A stretch of 64,000 nt of DNA from NCBI GenBank assembly GCA_049287305.1, contig JBAQFO010000014.1:453-64452 (forward strand), written 5' to 3'. Under the pieces are notes generated by a model. The model made no database searches and was not told where the DNA came from. It worked only from the letters and a program-made list of their open reading frames with translations. The stretch is from Minisyncoccia bacterium (GTDB lineage Bacteria > Patescibacteriota > Minisyncoccia > Phycocordibacterales > UBA9973). Both the position numbers and the translations under genes were made by a program. Positions 1-6,399 of the stretch are shown here, piece by piece (the stretch's first letter is position 1; each line of letters begins with the position of its first letter).

Positions 1-117
1 AGTATATCTTTTTTAAATTACGGAGGATCATGGTTATGGTTTTTTATTACTGCCGTGACGGGGATATTGATATTCTTGTACGGAAGAAAAGGGTTTAGTC
101 GCCCTACCGAAGTGAAA

Positions 118-249
118 ATGGATGATACACCCAATGTGGTAAAAAAAGTAAGCAAAACTTTTACTAATGCGCTTTTATTATTTGGAGCTTTTTTCTTATT
201 TATTTTTGCAACTTTTTATTTTATATTAATTCTTGCCACATCACGTTAA
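118..249 (+). CDS. Small hydrophobic C-terminal-anchored protein (43 aa if started at Met118; the ORF is open from 55). Hypothetical.
   Basis: ORF-track 55..249. The C-terminal half is a single hydrophobic helix (LLLFGAFFLFIFATFYFILILA). A hairpin plus T-run terminator follows directly. No clear SD. Confidence 0.25.
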   Translation: MDDTPNVVKKVSKTFTNALLLFGAFFLFIFATFYFILILATSR

Positions 250-255
250 ACTCCA

Positions 256-290
256 AAAACACCTCGCGCAAGCGGGGTGTTTTTTGTTAT
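256..290 (+). terminator. Rho-independent terminator-like hairpin plus T-run (ACACCtCGC-GCAA-GCGgGGTGT TTTTTG).
   Basis: Seen in sequence. A diverged copy of the same motif occurs at 1615-1650, and the GGGTGTTTTTTGTTA core recurs at 2225-2245. Confidence 0.5.
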
Positions 291-310
291 AATCAAACCG
301 ATGATAACTT

Positions 311-1051
311 ATGAATATTTCTATTTTTAATTTAAATTGCTGGCTTTTTCCATCACCGTTATCAACTGACTGTCTTAAAAGACTGTCTACAATAGTAAGT
401 ATGATTGAGGCGCAAAATCCTGAGATTGTTACATTACAAGAAGTATGGTCTAACAAGTATATTTTTTATCTTAAAAAGAGATTACCTCAGTATTTTTTTA
501 TTTCTTCCGAAACACTATTTTATAATCAGTCAGGCTTAGTGACTTTACTAAAACAGAAACCATTGCATCATCGGATTAAATTTTTCAAACTTTCGTTTCG
601 TCATAACTTAACCGAGATATTTTTTCATAAGGGGTATATTACAGCTAATATAGAAATAAACGGTGAAAAATGGACAATAGTAAATACGCACTTATATGCT
701 GCCTTTTCAAAGAAAACAGAAATAATAACCAGAGAGCAGTTTGACAACATTATCCTCACAGCGCAAGAGACCAGTGTTATCTTGAGCGGTGATCTAAATT
801 TGACTGAAGAAAAATTCAACCAAATTAACCAGGAAAAATTTTCCAGACTATGTGATTCGCAAATTACTTTAGGCGACCCTAATAATCCTTACGCATATAA
901 AAGATTTAATAAGTTTATGGTAAAAAATAAAAAAATTGATTATATGCTTTATTATTACAATAAGGCTCTCAATTCTAAGTATGAGATAGTTAAAACACCC
1001 TTTGTCTCTGACCATTATCCTATGTTTTGTAAAATAAATAACCCTCTGTGA
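311..1051 (+). CDS. Endonuclease/exonuclease/phosphatase (EEP) family protein.
   Basis: 246 aa. EEP-like motifs: NLNCW, TLQEVW, NTHLYA, SGDLNLTEE and a C-terminal SDHYPM. Confidence 0.65.
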   Translation: MNISIFNLNCWLFPSPLSTDCLKRLSTIVSMIEAQNPEIVTLQEVWSNKYIFYLKKRLPQYFFISSETLFYNQSGLVTLLKQKPLHHRIKFFKLSFRHNLTEIFFHKGYITANIEINGEKWTIVNTHLYAAFSKKTEIITREQFDNIILTAQETSVILSGDLNLTEEKFNQINQEKFSRLCDSQITLGDPNNPYAYKRFNKFMVKNKKIDYMLYYYNKALNSKYEIVKTPFVSDHYPMFCKINNPL

Positions 1052-1608
1052 ATACAATGCCAAAATTTTATCCGTCAAAATATATTATTTCAGTAGTCCT
1101 AATTTACTTATTTGTTTCTATCTATCTTTTCTTTTTTACAACATTGCCAGGGGCTGCTTTTGTTTTTCAGGCAAAAGACTTTCTATTATTTCTCCCTCTA
1201 TCTGTTTGTGCTTTTATTAGCTTATTTATAGCTAATAAATTAGTCCGTTTTGGAAATATATCTTTTAATAAAAAAAGCCTATTTCAAGCTTTGTTGATTA
1301 TTTTTTGTTACGGTCTCTTTATCGCTCTGCCCGAAGAACTAATTTTTAGAGGCCTTATTCAAAATAACTTGCAGGCTGTCTTAAGTCCAAGTTCGGCAAT
1401 AATTCTGTCATCTTTGATTTTTGGAGCGGTGCACTTATTAAACGGCGCCCGTAGCCTTCATTTAAAAGATTGGAACTGGAAACTAGTAGTTATGTCCTTC
1501 GTTGCTGGTCTTTTTTTGGGACTTGCTTATTTTTTAACTGGCAGCCTAACTGTGCCAATAATATTACATATTTTATTTGGACTTGTTATGAAAATATTTA
1601 TTAAATAG
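1048..1608 (+). CDS. CPBP-family (CAAX/Abi) intramembrane metalloprotease.
   Basis: 186 aa, multi-TM. Carries the EExxxR motif (PEELIFRGLIQ) and FxxxH (FGAVHLLN). Overlaps the previous gene by 4 nt. Confidence 0.65.
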   Translation: MNTMPKFYPSKYIISVVLIYLFVSIYLFFFTTLPGAAFVFQAKDFLLFLPLSVCAFISLFIANKLVRFGNISFNKKSLFQALLIIFCYGLFIALPEELIFRGLIQNNLQAVLSPSSAIILSSLIFGAVHLLNGARSLHLKDWNWKLVVMSFVAGLFLGLAYFLTGSLTVPIILHILFGLVMKIFIK

Positions 1609-1643
1609 TGATGTATACCTCGCGCAAGCGTGGCGTTTTTTGT

Positions 1644-1671
1644 TTGACAAATTGGATTTATATTGTAATAT
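1644..1671 (+). promoter_or_regulatory. Near-consensus sigma70-type promoter (TTGACA, 16 nt spacer, TAATAT) driving the GC-rich small ORF.
   Basis: TTGACA at 1644-1649 and TAATAT at 1666-1671. GGAGG lies 4 nt before the ATG at 1688. Confidence 0.5.
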
Positions 1672-1687
1672 TCTTTCTGGAGGCTAT

Positions 1688-1966
1688 ATGACCGTAGATG
1701 AACTGCGAAAGAGCGACCCCGACATGTTCCAACATCCCGAATTGAAGCCGAATGAGGTGCGTATCGGTTTCGTCGGGCCGGAAATCATCGACAATCACCT
1801 CGAGTGGTGGCACCAGCACGGGGTGCCGAGTGCGCGTCAGAGTGAAGGCACGACCCCGATCGAGTTCGAAGTCGGAAGCGATCGAGGTAAGCAGAAGGGG
1901 ATGATTCCCGTTCCAGCAATTCTCGGGGACGCGGCCGAGTATTGCAAGACCATTCGCGAGAAGTAG
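1688..1966 (+). CDS. GC-rich small ORF (92 aa) of unknown function; compositionally foreign.
   Basis: Local GC is far above the genome background. It has a GGAGG RBS and a consensus promoter. It is followed by a 9-bp-stem hairpin (GGCTGCATC...GATGCAGCC, 1973-2015). The antisense ORF 1658..2005 was judged a GC artefact. Confidence 0.4.
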   Translation: MTVDELRKSDPDMFQHPELKPNEVRIGFVGPEIIDNHLEWWHQHGVPSARQSEGTTPIEFEVGSDRGKQKGMIPVPAILGDAAEYCKTIREK

Positions 1967-2056
1967 TTCGATTCCGGCTGCATCATTGAGATGGACTTCA
2001 TCCATCCGGATGCAGCCTTCTCATTTCTGTAATATTTTTTGTGTTATAATTTTGGT

Positions 2057-2140
2057 ATGCTAAAAAGAGTCGGAATACTTCGCGGAGGGACGGGAGAAAA
2101 TTACCACAGCTCTATACGAAAGGGCGGGGAGATTTTGTAA
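2057..2140 (+). pseudogene. Duplicated, diverged remnant of the ddl promoter and 5' end; encodes MLKRVGILRGGTGENYHSSIRKGGEIL then a stop.
   Basis: About 85% nucleotide identity to the true ddl start at 2925-3035, including the upstream TATAAT box. It translates to 27 aa matching the Ddl N-terminus and ends at TAA 2138-2140. Confidence 0.6.
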
Positions 2141-2221
2141 ACTTGGACATCGGATGTCCAAGTTATAATCTGGAAAGACAGAAAACCTGTCCGTCTCAGG
2201 CGGGCTCCTAAAAACATCTCG

Positions 2222-2920
2222 ATGGAACTCAGGGTGTTTTTTGTTATTTTATCGGTATATAATGAATGCATGAAAGAAATATGGCCTGATGGTTCAATTT
2301 ATTTAAGTAAAAGTAATGGCAAGGATGGCTGGACTTATCGTCCAGAATTTAAAAATTGGCTGAAAGAACATCCACAAGCAATGTCCAAAGTGGTAAAACT
2401 TATAGACAAAATTATTCAAATTCCGCGAGCCGAAAGGAAAGGTGGAGAACAAGAGGGAGATGTTCAAGTCATTCCGTTCAACAGTCCTTATTCGGACATA
2501 TTTAAGGTTGTGGTGGGCTCGGATAAATTTTTTGTTAAACGTGACCAAGAACGTATGAATATATCGGGGGTTCCACCCGTAGGAGGACAAGTGGAATATT
2601 ATGGATCAGCCATAGCTAAAGAAGACTTAGGGGAGGATCCTGATGTGGAGATTATTGATTTTCAGTTGGCCTATACAAATAGAAGAGATTACAATAACCG
2701 TTTTGGATATTTTGTATCGCGATGGGAAGACCTCGAAACTATAGATAAATATTTAACTAATCCTGATCTAAGTTCTGCAGAAAAATCAGAAATAGAAGCA
2801 AAAATTCTAAGAGTGAAACGATTATTTTCAGCTTATCATGATGTTAAGCCTGAAAATATGTTCTATAACCCAAAGAACAAGAAGATAGTAATGTTCGATC
2901 TTAATATCCTTCAGTATTAA
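2222..2920 (+). CDS. Small protein-kinase-like domain protein (ePK-like catalytic loop); the real start may be Met at 2270.
   Basis: YHDVKPENMFYN matches the HRDLKPEN catalytic loop. A DLN (DFG-like) motif follows 14 residues later, and the protein ends soon after, like the minimal Bud32 / Kdo-kinase-type kinases. No SD found. Confidence 0.45.
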   Translation: MELRVFFVILSVYNECMKEIWPDGSIYLSKSNGKDGWTYRPEFKNWLKEHPQAMSKVVKLIDKIIQIPRAERKGGEQEGDVQVIPFNSPYSDIFKVVVGSDKFFVKRDQERMNISGVPPVGGQVEYYGSAIAKEDLGEDPDVEIIDFQLAYTNRRDYNNRFGYFVSRWEDLETIDKYLTNPDLSSAEKSEIEAKILRVKRLFSAYHDVKPENMFYNPKNKKIVMFDLNILQY

Positions 2921-2940
2921 CCATATGCTATAATTTAATT

Positions 2941-3891
2941 GTGCAATCAGTTACTAAAAAACGAGTTGGAATACTGCGCGGAGGGGAAGGGGAAAATTAT
3001 CACAGCTCGCTTAGAAAGGGCGGCGAAATTTTATCTCACATAACGGAAAATTTGGCGGAAAAATGGAAAGCTTATGATGTTTTGGTGGATAAAGATGGAG
3101 TTTGGCATATGGGTGGAGTTCCTATCCAGCCCGCGGATTTGATGCATCGGGTGGAAGTTGTGTGGAACACGGCGAATCCCGGTCTTTCGGTGACTCTTAA
3201 AAATTTATCTATTCCATATGTGGGACAGGAGCATTTTCATGGTGTGCTGGAAGATAGCAAAGAAATGCTTCAAAGGCATATGCAAAAAATTGGGCTTGAT
3301 ATGCCGCGTTCTTTGGTAATTCCTCTATACCAAGAAGATTTCGACGCCCGCCCGACTGAACAGTCGTTCGGGCGGGGTCCCATCTATGAATATGCTATTA
3401 AAAAAGCGAAAGAAGTGCACGAAAAATTTCCCGCTCCCTGGATGGTCAAATCCTACACCTTGGACAGAAACATGGGCATCCATTTGGCGAAAACTTTTTC
3501 CGAACTAGTGGATGCGATACAAGACGGGGTTAAGCACCAAAAAAGCATTTTAGTGGAAGAATTTATATCCGGTAAAATAGCTTCGGTGCATTCAGTGCCA
3601 GCGTTCCGCGGTGAGGATGTTTACACTTTTCCGCTGGGCAATACTTTTGGTATTTTTTCTTTGGCCGAGAAGGAGAAACTTGCTCTTTTGGCGAAAAAAT
3701 TACATCAACACATTGGCGCCGGTCACTATTTAAAATCCGATTTTATTTTAAACAGCAGAGGAAAAGTATATTTGCTTCAAATAGAATCCACTCCCGACCT
3801 TAAACCCGACTCGCATTTATCCGAATCCTGCAAGCTTTCCGGTGCTAAGATGCGCGACCTAGTAGACCACATTCTCGGAAGCGCTAACTAG
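2941..3891 (+). CDS. ddl: D-alanine--D-alanine ligase (ATP-grasp).
   Basis: The N-terminus RVGILRGGEGENYHSSLRKGGEIL resembles the Ddl N-terminal domain (VAVLFGG..SxEHEVSL). Length 316 aa. GTG start. Confidence 0.65.
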   Translation: MQSVTKKRVGILRGGEGENYHSSLRKGGEILSHITENLAEKWKAYDVLVDKDGVWHMGGVPIQPADLMHRVEVVWNTANPGLSVTLKNLSIPYVGQEHFHGVLEDSKEMLQRHMQKIGLDMPRSLVIPLYQEDFDARPTEQSFGRGPIYEYAIKKAKEVHEKFPAPWMVKSYTLDRNMGIHLAKTFSELVDAIQDGVKHQKSILVEEFISGKIASVHSVPAFRGEDVYTFPLGNTFGIFSLAEKEKLALLAKKLHQHIGAGHYLKSDFILNSRGKVYLLQIESTPDLKPDSHLSESCKLSGAKMRDLVDHILGSAN

Positions 3892-3926
3892 AAATTTTTT
3901 ATATTTTGATATAACTTATTACACAA

Positions 3927-3999
3927 GGGCCGTTAGCTCATTTGGTAGAGCGCATCCATGGCATGGATGAGGCGACCGGTTCGATCCCGGTACGGTCCA
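3927..3999 (+). tRNA. tRNA-Ala (anticodon GGC).
   Basis: Cloverleaf folded by hand. G3:U70 Ala identity pair. Anticodon loop ATGGCAT. T-loop TTCGATC. Confidence 0.8.
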
Positions 4000-4028
4000 C
4001 CCAAAGAAAGCTATGAGTTTTGATAAGG

Positions 4029-4059
4029 TTGCCAAATCAGCCGTAGTGTGCTTTAATAT
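4029..4059 (+). promoter_or_regulatory. Sigma70-like promoter (TTGCCA, 17 nt spacer, TTTAAT) upstream of the small zinc-ribbon ORF.
   Basis: Seen in sequence. Confidence 0.4.
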
Positions 4060-4074
4060 TTTCAGGAGGCAGTC

Positions 4075-4248
4075 ATGCCAAAAACCTTGTGTGAGTCGTG
4101 TATCACACGAGGGAGTCCGAAGCCCAATCCTGGACCTACTCCGTGTTTGGAGTGCCAAATCCGGGCCCAACCACCGGCAGCTCCTTTTGAGCCCGATTTG
4201 CCACCGTCGCAGACAGAAGTAAAACGCATCGGACGGGTGAAGGGATGA
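4075..4248 (+). CDS. 57-aa Pro-rich CxxC...CxxC zinc-ribbon mini-protein (MPKTLCESCITRGSPKPNPGPTPCLECQIRAQPPAAPFEPDLPPSQTEVKRIGRVKG). Alternatively the region could be a structured ncRNA.
   Basis: AGGAGG lies 5 nt before the ATG. There is an upstream promoter and a downstream GC hairpin terminator. It falls below the 60-aa ORF-track cutoff. Local GC is above background. Confidence 0.4.
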   Translation: MPKTLCESCITRGSPKPNPGPTPCLECQIRAQPPAAPFEPDLPPSQTEVKRIGRVKG

Positions 4249-4273
4249 GGGATAAGACTCTATCGTGTTCCAA

Positions 4274-4301
4274 GCCGCTGGATGGTCCGGCGGCTTTTTT
4301 C
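4274..4301 (+). terminator. Rho-independent terminator (GCCGCtGG...CCgGCGGC plus a T6 run).
   Basis: Seen in sequence. Confidence 0.6.
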
Positions 4302-4440
4302 TTGCATAAATATGATTTTCGTATATAATATATCTAAGCTTAAGTATCTATTTTGTATTTTCCTCCACATTTCCTCTCTCCAAGCTCTGTGGTTTTTGCC
4401 TTTTTAAGGTAGGTATTATTATTTATAAACAATTTTAGAA

Positions 4441-5796
4441 ATGACTCATTTAAATTTATTTGAAGCTTTAGGCTGGAAAAAAGGAATAGGGGAAGAAAGT
4501 GGGGCCTTGGCCCGAAGTTTACCCGAAGTTCATAAATCTGTTGCCGTTCCAGCGCACTACTCATTCTGGAGGAAACTACTTGTTTTTGCCGGACCGGGTT
4601 TTTTGGTGGCGGTGGGGTATATGGACCCAGGGAACTGGGCGACGGATTTGGCCGGAGGTTCCAAGTTCGGGTATACCCTGCTATCGGTCATTCTGATATC
4701 TAACTTTTTCGCCATGTTGCTCCAGCACCTGGCACTCAAGCTTGGGGTTGTTACGGGGAGGGACTTGGCGCAAATATGCCGCGAAAGGTATTCAAAGAAA
4801 ACAGCTATATTTTTGTGGCTAATGGCGGAGATAATGATAATAGCCTGTGACTTGGCGGAAGTGTTGGGCTCTGCTATCGCGCTTAATCTGCTATTTGGAA
4901 TTCCAATTATTGCCGGCGTAATAATTACTGCCCTGGATGTTCTTCTTATTCTTCTTTTACAAAATAAAGGCTTTCGTTACCTGGAGGCGGTGGTGATAAC
5001 TTTGATTGGAACCATTACCATGGCTTTCTTCGCTGAAATATTTTTATCTTCGCCGGAAATAATCCCGCTTCTTAAAGGATTCATTCCAACAACCCAGCTG
5101 GTTTTCAATTCGGAAATGCTTTACATAGCTATAGGTATCTTGGGAGCGACCGTCATGCCGCACAATTTGTATCTTCACTCTGCCGTGGTGCAAACCAGGA
5201 ACTACGAAGAAACAGAAAAAGGTAAAAAAGAGGCGATAAAATTTGCCACAATAGATTCCACAGTGGCATTAACTTTAGCGCTTTTTGTTAACGCGGCCAT
5301 ATTAATTGTTTCTGCCGCAGTTTTTTATTATCAGGGATACAACGACGTAGCAGAGATAGAGGAAGCCTTCAAGCTTCTCGCGCCACTCTTGGGAACGGGG
5401 CTTGCAAGCATTTTCTTCGCCGTCGCCCTTCTTGCTTCCGGGCAGAATTCCACGATTACGGGCACCTTAGCGGGACAAATTATAATGGAGGGTTTTATAA
5501 ACTTCAAGATACAGCCCTGGCTTCGCAGAATAATAACCAGGATGATGGCCATAGTTCCCGCGGTTATATTTATAGCAATTTATGGTTCGGATGGAGTAAC
5601 AGATTTGCTCATATTAAGCCAGGTTGTCTTAAGTATCCAGCTTTCTTTTGCGGTGTTCCCTTTAATAATGTTTACGGGTAGCAAGAAAGTGATGGGCGTC
5701 TTCGCGAATTCCAGGAAATTAAGCATATTTTCATGGATTATTGCCTTGATAATAGCTTCTCTTAATATATGGCTTCTGATTAGCATATTCAAATAG
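4441..5796 (+). CDS. mntH: Nramp-family divalent metal (Mn2+/Fe2+) transporter.
   Basis: GPGFLVAVGYMDPGNWATDLAGGS (the Nramp DPGN signature), MPHNLYLHS, about 11 TM segments, 451 aa. Confidence 0.9.
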   Translation: MTHLNLFEALGWKKGIGEESGALARSLPEVHKSVAVPAHYSFWRKLLVFAGPGFLVAVGYMDPGNWATDLAGGSKFGYTLLSVILISNFFAMLLQHLALKLGVVTGRDLAQICRERYSKKTAIFLWLMAEIMIIACDLAEVLGSAIALNLLFGIPIIAGVIITALDVLLILLLQNKGFRYLEAVVITLIGTITMAFFAEIFLSSPEIIPLLKGFIPTTQLVFNSEMLYIAIGILGATVMPHNLYLHSAVVQTRNYEETEKGKKEAIKFATIDSTVALTLALFVNAAILIVSAAVFYYQGYNDVAEIEEAFKLLAPLLGTGLASIFFAVALLASGQNSTITGTLAGQIIMEGFINFKIQPWLRRIITRMMAIVPAVIFIAIYGSDGVTDLLILSQVVLSIQLSFAVFPLIMFTGSKKVMGVFANSRKLSIFSWIIALIIASLNIWLLISIFK

Positions 5797-5940
5797 GGCT
5801 ATTTTTGTGCTATTCTGTATAGTGTTAAAACTTAATAAGTTTTAATTCAAATTACTTTTATCTGTAGCGGGTGATCGCACTCACATAGGCACATATGTTG
5901 GAGTTTCGCCATCACCCGCTTCAAATGGAAGTAATTTTTT

Positions 5941-5979
5941 AAACCCCACCACGCAAGTGATGGGGTTTTCGGTTTTTTA
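5941..5979 (+). terminator. Hairpin plus T-run terminator after mntH (AAACCCCA...TGGGGTTTT CGGTTTTTT).
   Basis: Seen in sequence. Confidence 0.5.
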
Positions 5980-6255
5980 GGAAAGTATTTTTTGGATTTT
6001 TAAGAATGGATATTTTTTTGTTAAAAAATTCCTCTTGTTCGTGCCAGTCGCGCTTGCAAGTCTTAAAAATCCAAAAGACACTTTCCTGAGTTATCCACAG
6101 TTTTGCCAAAAAAGTATTGTATTATGTTTTGATATGCGGGATAATTAATATGTTAGCGCAATAATAATTTAAAATATTTTCTTTAATTTATTTTTGGGAA
6201 AATATTTTATGGTCGTTTTATTGCAAACTAAATTAATAATTTTAATTAAAACATT

Positions 6256-6333
6256 ATGGCAGCAAAAAAGAAGGCAAAGAAAGTAGCAAAGAAGAAGCCA
6301 GCAAAGAAGGCTTCAAAGAAGAAGAGAGCTTAG
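6256..6333 (+). CDS. 25-aa lysine-rich mini-ORF (MAAKKKAKKVAKKKPAKKASKKKRA); speculative.
   Basis: ATG-to-TAG frame. It is followed directly by a strong terminator hairpin (AATTCCTCtCCGGAGGAATT plus a T-run, 6350-6386). No clear SD. Confidence 0.2.
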   Translation: MAAKKKAKKVAKKKPAKKASKKKRA

Positions 6334-6399
6334 TTCTTTTCCCACTTCAAGAAAAAATTCCTCTCCGGAGGAATTTTTTCGTTTTTATGCTAATATGTA

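Noticed and set aside
1658-2005. A 115-aa minus-strand ORF overlapping the GC-rich 92-aa plus-strand ORF.
   Set aside because: Only the plus-strand frame has a consensus promoter and a GGAGG RBS. The minus-strand start lacks an SD. This is again a GC-rich open-frame artefact.
3919-4222. ORF-track entries 3919..4170 (minus) and 4013..4222 (plus).
   Set aside because: The minus-strand ORF runs through tRNA-Ala. The plus-strand one lacks an RBS and is in a different frame from the well-initiated 57-aa zinc-ribbon ORF.
4040-4300. Possible RNase P, SRP, 6S or tmRNA identity for the GC-rich region after tRNA-Ala.
   Set aside because: There is no convincing match to the RNase P P4/CR-I, the SRP domain IV GGAA/AGCA loop or a tmRNA tRNA-like end. 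A GGGUGAAGGG stretch resembles RNase P CR-II but sits 30 nt from the 3' end. A clean RBS plus ORF explains the region better. It is kept as an alternative in the findings.
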